From Lytechinus pictus (Eukaryota): a DNA stretch of 64,000 bases. Positions 40,188 to 54,355 of this stretch are shown in pieces (the first letter of the stretch is position 1; each line of letters starts with the position of its first letter). The notes under the pieces are model-generated. The model searched no databases and had not been told where the DNA came from. It saw nothing but the letters and a program-made list of their open reading frames with translations. Both the position numbers and the translations under genes were made by a program. The stretch lies in assembly GCF_037042905.1 (NCBI RefSeq), contig NC_087251.1, positions 124,001-188,000 of the forward strand, read 5' to 3'.

Positions 40188-41970
40188 GGCCATGCGTTTT
40201 GAATTGGGCAGGTATAAAATAGGTGGAGTTGTGACATCTGCGCGACAATTTTGGGTATATTACTTTAATTTTCTCTGCTGATATACAAGATATGATGTTG
40301 TACTTGGTGTCAAAATAAAGCTTATGATAAGAGCAATACAGTCATACCAAAAAGATTGTAAAAGTAAAGTAATTCCCCTTTTAATTAAGGGTTAATTAGC
40401 AACATGTGCGGGGTAGAGGATGATCAGGAGGAGCAAATTCTCCTTGCAGCACACTAATGGACTACACCCACCACCTATCATGTTATTGTTGACTTATATT
40501 GATAATTCATAATAATGATAGGTAGTTTAGATTAATTGTAACTAACTAATAATAAGTGTAATTAAGCTTTATTATCAATTGATTGTTACTAATCAATCTT
40601 ATTGAAGACCAATATAGCTGGCTGTATGATCGCGCAAGCAAAGTGTCCTTTCCTAATAAGCAATATGCATTACATGTAAACACTTCAGTTATGGTAACTT
40701 ACATGTAAGTTACAGGAAGATATATAAAGTTTTCAGAAAGGATTCATTAGTCACTATTCTTAAGTAAAACAGTATAAACAATGTAAAGGGAGAAAGGACA
40801 AAGCGATCTTTAATAGGTCTTTGTGAATTTGAAAAAAATACTAACTTTTACACACTGAATATCAAATCTGATGAAACAATTGTGCTTCAAATTATAGGGT
40901 TATTAATTCATTCATTAGAGACTTCATTCAGCAATGAGATGCTTATAACATGGAAGTCCCCAACAGATCCCTCTTTTCTTGTCTTAGCTTTGGAATTACC
41001 AAGAAATATGTTGGTGTAACTATTCTTTATGGAATTACAATACAGCATTTGAACTACCATAGAGATTCAAGAGGTGGCTTGCTGTACAAAAAACATGGAA
41101 GGGGCTACATGTACATGAATTTTACCTCAAACAAACTTACAAAATAGATTTTCGCAGGAAAGATAACTTTTACGTTCGCGAAAAATAGGGTCATGAAGAC
41201 ATACATGTAATGTGTACAATTGCCTTATGACTTTCATATAACCTGGACTATTCACTCTGCACAGCATGGAGATCACACCCTCAATAACCATTTATGTTAG
41301 TCTACTTGATTGATGATTAACACAAAATTGTTCTGTTGTTTTGTTTGATTACATCGATGTCCTGACACAATCATTTTGATCACAGCTAGATTCAGATGGG
41401 TCACGTTAAATATGGTACTAGTTTGGTGCCAGATGATGCATTATTTATGTTTTAAAGATTTATCTTTTATAAATTAATGTGTTGATAGTTGGCTTAAATT
41501 TGTATGGTTTTGAGTGTTTTAAAATGCATATTGGTACAAAATGATACATTCTCAGATCATATCTAAAAATACTCCATCGTGAAAACTTTGTCTAAAGAGG
41601 CTTGCGCAAAATAATTATAATTACCTTAGACCCTATAATGTTATTATAAAAAGCACTGATTGAGAGGAATTCTAAAAATGCACTTTTCAAGTTGTTGGGT
41701 ACACAAAAAATACTTTTTCCTTGGGTCAAAGTTTGGTATTTTTGGCCAAGATTATTTGGTATTGTTCCATAACTTCTAATGCATAAACTTTATGCCATTT
41801 TTTAAAGTGCATTTTTGGAATCCTCAGTTAATTTCCTATCAGAAAATGTATAATTTTATGTACAATGGGTGAAGTATGTCAAAGTTACAGAGGTTCAAAT
41901 GAAAAAGGATGCAATTTTCATGTCACGAACGCATGTCACACAAAACTGGCCCAACTCAAAATGCATGGCC
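40188..41970. mobile_element. Non-autonomous TIR DNA element with apparent 4-bp TSD (ATAA)
   Basis: ggccatgcgttttgaattgggc / gcccaactcaaaatgcatggcc; ataa on both flanks. Confidence 0.7.
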
Positions 41971-42489
41971 ATAAAGGAATTGTACTCTATTCCTAATAGC
42001 AAATATTCTATGCTTTTCCATCATATGTATTTCAATGGCTATAATGACATCATAACATTTCAAAAATTATCACACTTTAATGTAATGAAAATAAACTTAG
42101 AATTAGGAATCATAGCATATTCACTCCAGCTTTGCAAAATACAATCAGAATTTTTAAGTAAACTGACAGCCCTAATTCTTACATGACAAAAGGACACAAA
42201 AATTTATGTAAATGGAATAGGCCTATATCATGTAATACTCATTTGTAATACTAACTTTCCATTTTTTTTTCTTCATGTTTACTTCATGAGAAAAAATAGT
42301 GGTGCCGGTAGTGGGGCAATATCCAATATATTATGTTACTAGCTGCACTGGCAGCAAAACATCCAAACTGAGCTACAAGCAGGACAAAGCAAAAATACAG
42401 CAACAAATAACTGATCTTTTTTTTATTCCCATATTCCTGTAAGTTGTATATAATATAGCAGAGGGGAGGGGAATTTCATTTATGAAACT

Positions 42490-43733
42490 TTGTGTTCTAC
42501 ATTTCCACATTTGAATAAAGACATATGTCATCATTTCGCAAAGCATGAGATTGAGAGCCGCCATGTTGAATCATCTGAAAATGCTTTGGAACGACCAGAT
42601 AATGATATATCTACTCTCAATAGAGTTTGTCATTGCTCTGAACTAAATATGAAGCTGAGAGAATTACAAAGTCAAGTTAAATCCCTGTCTTCATGTATTG
42701 ACTCATTATTATCTGCTCATTCATCTCTTGACAATGATCATATTAACAACATCGACGACACTGATAAAGACAATCAAAATCAAGATCCCATCAAATCTCC
42801 TACCTATGTACCCAGTGGAGATGTCAATAACCCCTTTCATCCACTCTTAGAGGACAATGGAGATGATCTCTTGGTTGTTAGTACAAAGTCCCAATCAGAT
42901 CAACTATCTGACTACAGAGAAAAGCATCAGAAAGAATGTCTACGATTAAAGCACATCGAAGAAAACAAGGAGAGAATGAAAGCCAACACACTAATTATCG
43001 GTGACTCAATGCTAAAACCAATCAAACCATCAAACTTGTCCAGTTCCATAAAGGTCATCTTTAAAACTATTAGTGGAGCTAAGCTCTTTGGGTTCACAAA
43101 TACTTTCGAAATGCCCAATGGTTACCACAATTACCATCAGCTCTATCATAAATAGAAGGCTAAATCAATGTGAAACTATGATAAAGGTTAACCTTGCAAA
43201 TAGTCTTCTACTTAAAGTAGCTGAAAATAATGGTTGGAATTACATCAACAATGAGAATATTGATGAGTCAAATCATTTAAGTATCTATGGGGTGCATCTA
43301 AATGCGAGAGGTGCTTCTGTATTTGCCGGAAATCTGTCTCAGCATGTCAATGGAATCTCATCTTCAGATATAACAGTACCACTGAAAAGCACCCATGTTA
43401 AAACTTCTACTGCTAATCCTATCTCAAATACTACTACCATTCGTCATCAACCTAATTACGCTGATATTGCTGCGATCGGAAACCCTCTGTCTAGTAACGA
43501 TCGGATGCGTTCTAGGATACCACCGTTGCCTAATGTGCCACGCCCACTTGAGTTTGACAAGCGATCCACTGAACCATGGCAACGCACACAACGCCCTATG
43601 CAACATAATGGCGAATACTCTGGGTGCTACTTCTGCGGTGAAAGAAAATTGCCGCTTCGGTCAAGAAATCGAATGCTTTAACTGTCATAAACTTGGACAT
43701 AAAGCTAAGTTATGTAGATGGAATAACACATAG
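42490..43733 (+). pseudogene. LINE ORF1: coiled-coil-like segment, SGNH/GDSL esterase, C-terminal CCHC zinc knuckle(s); frameshifted
   Basis: LRELQSQVKSLSSCIDSLL heptads; LIIGDSML (block I), TISGA, YGVHLNARG (block V); GCYFCGE and CFNCHKLGHKAKLC (CX2CX4HX4C). Confidence 0.8.
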
Positions 43734-43862
43734 AACATCGGCCAAGATGACATTGCCGATCAAAGTTTAGACTCCCAAGAGACAAGTACACCTAATATTT
43801 CATCTGACTCTTACAAAAATGAGTATGATCGTTGTGCTGTTCTCTTAAATCAAACTAAAGGA

Positions 43863-46649
43863 TTGAGAATCGCCCATCTAAATGCCTGCAGCTTGTTTGA
43901 TAAAATGGATGAACTGAAATTTTTAATCAACAAACTGAATCTTGATGTATTTTGTATATCTGAAACTTGGTTAACTCCGTTTATTGCAAACAGTTCAATT
44001 TTGATAAATGGGTACTCCATATTCCGCCGTGACCGCGCTGATGGTCGCCGTGGAGGGGGTGTGTGTATTTTCACCAAAAACTCATTGTCAATCGACGAAA
44101 GAAATGATTTAAATGATTGTACTGTTGAAAGTGTTTGGGTGAACTTAAAAGCACCATCATCTGAAAACATACTTTGTTTATACAGACCTCCAGATGCAAA
44201 TAATGATTATTTTGAAAGAATGATCGATACATTTGAAAAGGCTTCATCTGAATCGAAAGAAATTTTAATACTTGGAGATCTAAATATTGACTATAGATCC
44301 TACCACACATGATATCAATGACAGTGTTAACCCTATTTATCTCATTGAAGATCTTTTTGCTCTTACTCAAATGATAGACAAACCTACTCGGGTGACGTCT
44401 TCATCATCCAAATGTATCGATCACATCTTATCCTCCATGCCTGAAAAACATGTCATTAGTGATGTTGCCAAAATAAGTGTAAGTGATCATTATCTTGTAT
44501 TTACTTGTATTAGTTTTAAGTCTACCATTAATGAACACAAAACCAAACGTTCTCGTAATTATAAACACTTCGATGAAGAAAAATTTATTTCAGCCATTCA
44601 AAATTCGGATGTTCTTAGTAAAAAGGAATATCAGAGTCAATCTGTAACTGATGCATGGCACGAATGGAAGGTTGAATTTATCAATATTTGTAATGAGTAT
44701 GCTCTTATCAAGACAATTCGCATAAAGAATAAAACATGCCCTTGGATCACACCTGATATTGTGAAGATGATTTATAAAAGAGATTACTTAAAAAATAAAT
44801 CTAATTTACAATATTCTAATGAAATTAATAAAGAATATCGTATAATGAGAAATCGTATTACTGATCTCATTAGAAAAAATAAACAGAAGCATTTTAATGA
44901 TATCACTCATAAATATAAGTCAGACTCAAAAACACTTTGGAAAGAATTGCAATAAGTTACAAATAAAAATGTTAACTCAGAAAGTTGTAATATTGACTGC
45001 AATGTTATAAATTATCATTTCACTAATATAGGCAAAGAAATATCTAAGAGTTTTGATAATTCATACATTCTAGATTGGAAACACCCCAAATGTATTCGAA
45101 CTTTTGAAATTGAACAAATTAAATCTAAAAAAATACTAAACTATTTGAGTTGTCTTGATACTAGCAGTCATCTCGACATACTGGATTTCGATACTAAGTT
45201 ACTAACACTTGCTGCTCCCTATATATATGAATCTCTATGCTCTATTTTTAATGCTAGTCTGTTCACAGGTGAAATACCCTGTGATTGGAAGATTGCCCGC
45301 ACTACCCCTGTATACAGGGGCAAGGGGAACAAAGATGACATTACAAACTATCGCCCTATATCTGTAGTATGCCACGTATCTAAATTGATAGAAAAAGAAG
45401 TTCAATTGCAATTATTAAACTATCTTAAAGAGAACGATATGATCAATGTCGATCAATATGCATTTCTCCCTCACCATTCTACTATCACCTGCCTTCACAG
45501 GGTAATTGATGATTTTCACGAGGCTCTTAAAAATAAAGAATTAATTGGCTCATGCTTTCTTGACATTTCTAAATGTTTCGACTGTGTTAATCATGAATTA
45601 CTCTTGCTTAAACTAGAGAAATATGGTATTTATGACAAAGAATTAAAATGGTTTTCTAACTTTATTACTGAAAGAAAACTTGTTTCTTCAAAAGGTAAAA
45701 ACTCCTCTATAAAGGAATTACCAGTAGGGGTACCACAGGGCAGTGTACTTGCTCCTGTTCTATTTTTATTATTTATTAAGCATATATCAGAAGGCCTTAA
45801 TAATGCTGTATGTTCTATTTATGCTGATGATGTAGTTATCTATGTTACTGGCGATAATTTACATAATGTTACTCTAAATTAACAAAATACGGTAAACACA
45901 CTAGACAAATGGTATAAGAGAAATCGTCTGAAGATAAATGTTAGTAAAACGAAGTCAATGTTAATTTCTACAAAGTCAACAGAATGTCTTAATATCTATA
46001 TTGATAATGAACTCTAGAGCAAGTTCATTCTATCAGGTATTTGGGCATTATTATACATGAAAATTTAAAGTGGAATGACTATTTAAGACACTTATGCAAA
46101 TCAACTGCTTACAAGATTTACTACCTTGGCAAATTAGCAAAATTTTTAAACAAAACTTTACTTAATGCTTTATATATATCGTCTATACAACCATGCCTTG
46201 ATTATGGTGTCTCAGTATGGGGCAACTGCCACAACAAACTGAAATTACCCTTATTGAGACTCCAAAAAAGAGCGGCCCGTCATGTAACCTCTAACTGTGA
46301 TTACAATACAAATTCAGGTCTTCACTTAATGACCAAACTTTCCTGGCAAACGATTGATGATCGCCGTGATTACTTTCTATCAACCCTAATGTACCAATGT
46401 GTTCACGGTCTTGCCCCATCCCTATTATGCAATGAAATAGAAATGTACTTCGACAGGCATGGATTGAACACTCGTAATGCTAACTCCCTTAATGTTGTAC
46501 CACCAAAACCTAATATTCAACTCTTTTGTCAATCTTTTAAATATGCCGGTGCCAAAGTATGGAATAAATTACCCACAAATTTTCAAAATGCTCAATCCTT
46601 AGATATATTTAAGTCTCTATACAAAAAATCAAAATCTAATATGTCATAA
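43863..46649 (+). pseudogene. LINE ORF2: APE endonuclease plus reverse transcriptase; frameshifts and stops
   Basis: HLNACSL, ISETWL, RRDR..RGGGV, YRPP, GDLNID, PTRVT, IDHI, SDH; NYRPIS, FLDISKCFD, GVPQGSVLAP, YADD; LDYGVSVWG, LQKRAAR. Confidence 0.95.
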
Positions 46650-47064
46650 TAATCCCATCCCTGAACTTATATATTTTCAGTAATTGACATTACAATTTTA
46701 TTCTGTCTATCATTATTCACAACTTTTAGCCCCTACTTGTTTTGCAATTGTTTATTTATATACTGTAGTTGATAAGGTTATACGTATACCTACCCTTCTT
46801 TCATGTAGGCCTATGTATTTTTTTTACCATTAATAATATGGTGATCAATAGTGTTTCCATGTTTTTGTATTACGCTGATATTTTTATGTCTTACCCTGTT
46901 TTTCGATATATGCCTATTATTGTCATTACCATTTTATCATGTTTTTTATGCACCAGGACCAAGATGCAAAACAGTAATTTTATCTCTGATCTTGTGAACC
47001 TGTTTAAATATGTGTGAATAAATAATAAATAAATAAATATATGTATTTTGAATCTGCAAATATA

Positions 47065-49168
47065 CACAACAAAAAAAGTAAGTCCCCCCTTAAACAAACA
47101 TCAATAATTTCCGAACCAATGCGAGTTTTTAATATATTTTTACATGAGCGTGTAGGTAATTTTATAAGCTACCCTCTGAGTAAATGCTATGGACGTGTTT
47201 TACGTCATGCTTCAGTGAGCACCGTCAAAAGGCAAAAATGTCACTTTTCAAAGTCACAACCCAAATATCATGACTTTGAGTTCATTTCATTGGAAGTAAT
47301 TCCACATTCTCATCATGAAAAATAGTCAGAAGGCTTGTAAAAGGTACTTTCTAAAAGACAATACAACTTTTTGGTCAAATTTCACGGTTAAATAAACACA
47401 AGTCCAAATTTGCTATAATTGGATTTTTTACCCATTTTTATCAATAAAAATGATAAAATATAATGACAGTTATTTTTAGGAAGAGTATCTTCAACAATAT
47501 TAATCATTTCACGATTCAATGAACATTTATTGAAAACAAAAAATACGATTTTCAAATATCAGAGGCAAGTATTGTTTCATTTTGGTGACTGAAACTGATC
47601 TTTTATCAACTTTTTCGTTATGTTCATGACCAATTAACATGCTTCAATGATTAAAAGGCGTTTAATTAAACATTCACGCTTGAATGAACATGTGGAATGT
47701 GATTAGCCCTTTTCTACGTTATTGGAAAAAATGCAATTCGTAACTATGGATATCTGTCAAAAACCTCCTTGCATGGTTCATTTGATTTGATTTTTATGAA
47801 AATCTCGATGTTTAATGCATCAATGAGCACACAATATTCGAAAATTATGCAAATGAGAAGAAAGTTCAAGGTCTTCGCCCCACTCTGTGCCGTACCGAAT
47901 GGTTAACTTATTTTGGTGTGCGCGCCTTTTGGATAGTGTTACTCTGAAGCCATGTGCAAAGTTTCATGTAATAACTGTTGGCAGAAGTAACAAAAACCGT
48001 CCATAAAACAAACCCTCATTTCATATTTGTTAAAATTGGGACTTCCTCTCTCATAGACTTGTGTACATTATGGGTGCATATGTTGAAGAATAAGTAACCC
48101 CTTATTCAATATGGTGGATCTTTTTTTCAAGACTGTCTTTAGCAATGCTTTTTGGCAGTAATCTTTATCAACCTATGGGCAGAATTCTGTGCAAAAATGA
48201 AATCGATTTGTTTATTTATGGATGAGTGAGCACGCATCAAAGTCGGAAAATTTGTATTTTCAATGTCACAGACTCGTTTTAAAGGGCAATAAAGTGAATA
48301 TTGGGGGCAAATTCGGTTTCAAATGTGACTTTAATTGCTGTTGTTTGTATCATCCATCATTTCTATCACCACACACTTTCCGAACTTTTAACATTTTCAT
48401 GGTTGAGCGAGCACATTCGAAAACTTAGGAATGAATACTCTTTATACTGCATAAATGTATTCTTTTCCTAACAATTTCTCATGATCAGTTTAATTTATGG
48501 ACAAATCACTGGTGGATCCAGAATTTTAAAATGGGGGAGGGGCCTATAATCAGGGGAGCCACCAACATTTTCAAATTTTAACATGACCTAACAAGTTGTA
48601 GAGGATACTACCAAAAACCCCTATGATGATACGTCACAATACAGGGGCTGCGGAACGGTTTTCAAAGTGTGGGGGAGGGGCTGAGCCAAAAGTGGGGGGG
48701 GGGGGCTGAACATGCAAAAAATCACAATCGTATGGTCATTTTTACATTTTTGTACATGCTTTTGGAAAAAAATGGGAGGCTGAGCCTCCCCCCACCCAGC
48801 TCCCCCACCCCCGCGGCCCCTGCAATATTGTGCTCACTCAACCATGAACATACGAAATCAAAATTGTGTGTGGAGTGGCTAAATGATGGATAGTAAAACA
48901 GCATTAACACCATAAAATTCACCTAAAAACAACTTTTGCCCAACTTTGTATTTGCACAATCTGAAAAACGACTCTTGTGACTTTCAAAAATTGTCATTTT
49001 TAATTCAATCTTTAATTACTCATGCATGACTCAACTGATCAATCTCATTTTTATCCAGGAGTTGCTTAATGAGTGTTAACAATTACCTACGAAATTTCAT
49101 ATCTCTAAATAATTCCGTTCAAAAGTTACATCAATTTGATTTAGGGGGGACTTACTTTTTTTGTTGTG
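47065..49168. mobile_element. Complete ~2.1-kb TA-flanked (Tc1/mariner-like) non-autonomous element
   Basis: TIR cacaacaaaaaaagtaagtcccccc / ggggggacttactttttttgttgtg with TATA on both sides. Confidence 0.9.
48642..48822. mobile_element. Small G/C-rich MITE nested in the 2.1-kb element (also at 9710-9877)
   Basis: caggggctgcgg / ccgcggcccctg termini; caata duplicated on both sides. Confidence 0.7.
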
Positions 49169-50029
49169 TATAGATTGAGCATGAGATGGTATTTTCAACA
49201 ATATTGACATTGTCACATGGTACAAATTTTCTATTTTCAACATTAGCAGAAATCCTGCCAGCCCTTAACAGATGATGAGCTGTTCCAACTGAATAATCAC
49301 AGTAAGAAACCATCAAGGTGAAACAGATTCCCAATGGTGTATGTATACATTAGGTCAATTAGTTCACAAACGATGGCAAGTGTCTCTAGTATAAGGCTGT
49401 TCAATCATATTGAAAGTTAATGTAATACACATATACATGTAAATATAACTTTTATCTATTTATTATTTGATAGATCAGTAATACAGAAGATAAAACTACA
49501 TAATCCCCTTGCATTTTTACGTAAGATTATTTGCTAGCGCATGATGAATTCGGCGTTAGGTGCCTGAGCCATGAAAATATCAAAATATTAGTATTTGATA
49601 ATTGATATTTTGTGTTTTGTAGATATAACATATCCTTTTTTAAAGTCATAACCACTAAATCTGCATTTAATACAAATACTTTCTATATTCTACCACCTCT
49701 TGCATAGCACTGCTGTTTGTTGTATCCCAATTTAACAATCACATAATCTTGTAACGTAATGTGCTATACAGCCATTTGTTCACTCTTTGAAACAGATGTG
49801 TTCCTCTTGAATCTTCGACAATATCTTTCATTTTATTATAAAAATTCACTTTGTCATGTGAGAAATGAAAACTATACAAAAAATTATAAAATTCATAATC
49901 ATCATCATTTGATTATCATTCACATTGCCTCATTTATTTCATGATAACATCTGTCTTCATCTTTTTCATTCTCTTTGCCTGTCTTGATTAATATCACCAT
50001 CACACTCACCCTAGTTACTTTTACGGTGA

Positions 50030-53000
50030 ATTATCGGTTGGTCTATTACCATTTTGTCTAATTCTCAGTTTGTCCAACTTCAGGGGTCTAAACCCATTTT
50101 CTACTACCATATTCTACAACCAGTTCATCTATTATCCATTTCGTCTAATTCCCACTTGGTCTAATATTGAATTTTTTTAATGACCAGTTGGGATAAAACC
50201 ATTTAGTCTAATTCCCAGTTGGTCTGACACCACTTAGTCTAATTTCCAGATAGTCTAACATTCATTTTGTCTACATGCCACTTGATCTAATATTCATTCA
50301 GGCGGTAGACACCCAATTCGGCTAATATCATATGGACAACGTAAGTATACACTTAGTCTAATTGTCATTTCGTCGGCAGTCATCCAAACTGTCGTATCAG
50401 TCAATTTTGGTCCAAAAAAAAAAATAGATTTTGAGATTTTTGCAGAAAATGAGCTAAGTACAAGTCCTACTCTATTCGCAACTAAATTTTATTTTTTAGG
50501 CATCAATTTATTTTTTATTTTCTGAGATATGAGAGGATTTTCATGGCGATGCCGTACAAATTTTTAATAAAATGCGCAAATCCCATTGGAAATGTGTACT
50601 GTAACAGAGTGATACAACGTTTTGACTGACCGCAATTTAAATGCGCGCGGTCAACCAAACCGTCGCATCGGCACTGGTCACTGCACTGACTTTGCACATA
50701 AAAAGCGATACAAAGTTTTGACTGATCACGCGCATAGAAATCGAGTCAGTCAAAACGTCATATCACTTTTTCCCTATGGCATGTAGGGAAAATCTAAGTC
50801 GCTCAAACCAAACTTACAAGCATGTAGCTCTTTTGTCAGATTTTCTAGGATCCTTACTTTTATGTAACTAGCACATCAATGATGTGGAGCACATCAATGA
50901 TGTGGAGCTCATCCGGCATCTCGCAACGAAATTTAACACAATTTTAATTTTAGCCCAGTTGACACTGTAGCGAATTATATTGGTGCCATAAATTGAGGAT
51001 ATAAAATTGAAATTGATGAAGAAATGACATAAAAGCATTTTCTGTGATCTATGAATGAATTTCATATAAATTAAGCATAAATAATTTTCTAGTCAAAATT
51101 TTTCAACTCTGTGTAGAACCTTGGTGAACCTCATGTAGCTCTCAGATAGAACAAAAATAATCAAAATCAATCAACAAATAAATAAGTATTTTTTGTGAGT
51201 TTTGAAAATATATGAATAAATTAGCATATTTAATGACTTTCAAAATTATGTGTGGAAATTTTGTATCACCACCTCGAGCTATCATATAAAGCAAACAAAA
51301 TTGAAATTGATCAACAAAATTAAGAAAAAAAAACAATTTTTTGTGATTTATGAATAAATTTTGCATAAATTAGCATAAATAATTTTCTAGACAAAATTTC
51401 AAAATTCTGTGTAGAAATTTGGTGAACCTCATGAAGTTCTACCAGATGGAAGAAAAAAAATCAAAATCGGTCAACAATTAAAGAAGAAGCATTTTATGTG
51501 AATTTTCAAACATATGCATAAATTAGCATATTTAATGAGTTTCAAAATTCTGTGTAGAACTTTTGAATCCCCACCTAATGCTATCATATCAAGCAAAAAG
51601 AATTGAAATCATACTTGAAATGATGAAGAAGAAGCATTTTGAAATTCAATCAACAAATAAAGATGCATTTTCTGTGATTTATGAATTTCGCATAAATTAG
51701 CATAAATAATTTTCTACTCCAAATTTATAAATTCTGTGTAGAAGTTTGGTGAACCTCATGAAGCTCTACCAGATGGAAGCAAAACATTCAAAATCGGTCA
51801 ACAAATAAAGAAGCATATTTTGTGAATTTTGAAAAATGTGCATAAACTAGCATATTTAATGAGTTTCAAAATTCTGTGTAGAAGTTTTGAATCCCCCACC
51901 TAGTGCTATCATATAAAGCAAACGGAATTGAAATCGGACTTGAAATGGCGAAGAAGAAGCATTTTGAAATTGTGGACGGACGACAGACGACACGGCATAA
52001 GCTCAGGCCGGATGAGCTAAAAATAAAGATGCCAATGTCAAACAATTTTCATGGTCTTTTAAACCATGTATTTTTCAAGCAATGAATATGTTGTAAGGCT
52101 GGGGAACTAAGTCTGAAAATTATAGTAAACTCTGAAGTCGATTTTCTCTGAAATGGGTATGCACGTCATATGTGTGATACGACGGTTCCGATGACCGTCA
52201 ATAATTTGGTCTAATAACCAGTTGGGCTACTTATTTAGTATAAATATGATCTAATGACATGGTTCACATCAGGTCTAATGTCCATTTAGTCTAATATAAA
52301 TCATACATAGTGATTTAATACATCATGCCCTTTTGCCCCCCCCCCCCCATCAACTACGTTCTGCCACCCCTGGTAATGGATTATGGAGAAACATAAAGGT
52401 ATAATTTTATTTTAGTCATCTAGGAGACTCCACACATTTATATGGGCGATACTTGAGTAACCCTAAACATGTAGTTTGGGAGCAGTCATTCTTCATTGTG
52501 TCCTTTTTTTCTTCCACAACCTTTTCTTATGTAGGAAAACGTCTCTCCTTTTTCAATCTATATCATTCTCATTTGCTCTTATGTCTTGGTTTTGTTTGCT
52601 TGTTCTTATACAAATTTTCATTTTCATGGCTTGTTATATATTAAAGCATTAATTACTAAATCAATTAGAGTAAGCATCTATTCTTTCCCCCCTCCCCTCT
52701 CATTTCTCATTTACATACATGTAAAGAAAATGGACAATATAAAGCCTAACATTAGAATGTCCAACACGCAATGCAAACTTAAATATTTGCAAAATTAAAT
52801 TTTTACAATATGAAGGGGAAAAATTATAAAACAATAACAGAAATAAACTGTGGATATGAAGACCTAGCCTAACATTAGAACGTACAACACGCAATGCAAA
52901 ATTAAATTTTTACAGTACATATTAAGGGTCAAAAATGAAAAACAATAACATAAATAAACTGTGGGTATAAAGGCTTAGTGGGAATATTAGCAGGCCATTA

Positions 53001-53315
53001 GCCCAAGTGGAAATTAGACTAAATGATTAAACAAAGTCATATTCAGATCAAGTGGCAATTAGACTAAATGGCTATTAGATTAAATGGAAAATAGACAAAG
53101 TGGTAATAGACAAATTGGAAATTAGACCAACTGCATGTTAGACCAAATGCAATAAAGAGCACATGAATAAAAGACCAAGTGAGGATTAGATCTAGAAGAT
53201 CTGGTATTAGACTAACTAGTATTAGACTAACCGACAAGTAGACGAACTAGGTTTAGTCCAAATGCAATTGGACTAAGTGGCGATAAAATACATTAGAATA
53301 AATGGCAATTAGAAC
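50030..53315. mobile_element. Foldback-like element built from ~20-bp (ttggtctaat / attagaccaa) repeats, interrupted by other insertions
   Basis: gtctaat arrays at 50030-50380 and 52200-52290; inverted attagac arrays at 53010-53315. Confidence 0.6.
50866..52024 (-). mobile_element. HINE-like element with internal tandem repeats
   Basis: Begins aactag; subTIR agctcatccggc (50905) / gccggatgagct (52007) followed by an A-run; repeated ctgtgtagaa..ggtgaacctcatg units; gacg/gaca tract. Confidence 0.7.
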
Positions 53316-53880
53316 CTTCAGTCCTACAATATCCAACCACACCCTTATTAGCATATTACTCAAATTAGGAAAAAGAATTATTAGCAAATGATCTCTAGTT
53401 TAAAACTGTGGTTAAAAGGAAACTAAATTAAATAAATTTTCAAATTTATTCTGACACTATACAACACAGCTATTTTACACAAAATGTTAATTAAACCCCA
53501 AATCAAAAGACGGTTATAACAATTGTAGAAAAATTTGATGATTTTGAGTTCACTTGAATATAAAAAATAAATCTGCTTCTAGTTTTCAACATATATGACA
53601 CAACTACAAATGCAGTTAACTCTGTAAATCTTAAAGCCTAAAGCATTTTTAAAAACTCATTTTGGAGCTGCATACTCTAGATGATTGTCTTTTTTTCTAT
53701 GATTAGTATCACAAAGTTTGGTTATTAACCACAGGGCCCAACCCAGAAATAAATGGTTTCCTATGACATTCTCAAACATTATTGGACATAGCTTAAATTT
53801 CATTTTCAAAAATCATTTAGTTTAGTCACTTTGGTAAGGATACATCTTCCCCCTTTATTAGTGTTTTTCAGTATTGTTAA

Positions 53881-54355
53881 AGAGCAAATTCACCCCAATA
53901 AAAAGTTCATATCAATAAAAAGAGGAAAATTAAAGAAGCAAAATGCTGAAAATCTCATAAAAATTGGATGCAGAATTTAAGAAAGTTAAGACATTTAAAA
54001 ACGTTGCTTATTTTTCCTAAAACAGTTATATAACACATCACAGTGATATCCAAGGGAAAGATTCAATGATCATGTCACACCTTAAAATATTGACTGGCTT
54101 TGAGGGAGATACCATATTGCCCTGAAAAGTGTCATACATGGAAAAATTTAGAAATTTCATATTTTTGGTTTTAAAAAAATGTAAGCGCGTGACATCATGA
54201 GTTCCTAATTTGCATGCCGACCAGGATGCACATATAACTGTTTAAGTGAAATTTGCGAAACTTGAAAGTACATCAGATATAGATAATTTTCAATGGTAAT
54301 GCTTGTTTAAATTCTCTTTTTATGCAACCCAACTTTCTTATGGGACTTCCCCTCT
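53881..54355. mobile_element. Degenerate member of the TTAA MITE family at 24866
   Basis: Shares aatgctgaaaat..aaaattggatg..aagaaagtta..gacatt and tttgcat..cgacc..gatg..catataactgttt. Confidence 0.7.

Larger units (their letters stand above)
42490..47039 (+). mobile_element. Near full-length, inactivated CR1/L2-group LINE
   Basis: ORF1 and ORF2 remnants in order, 3'UTR and (AAAT)n tail at 47018-47038. The 5' boundary is approximate. Confidence 0.93.

Noticed and set aside
52717..52970. ~123-bp tandem duplication
   Set aside because: Real but ordinary local duplication with no further structure.
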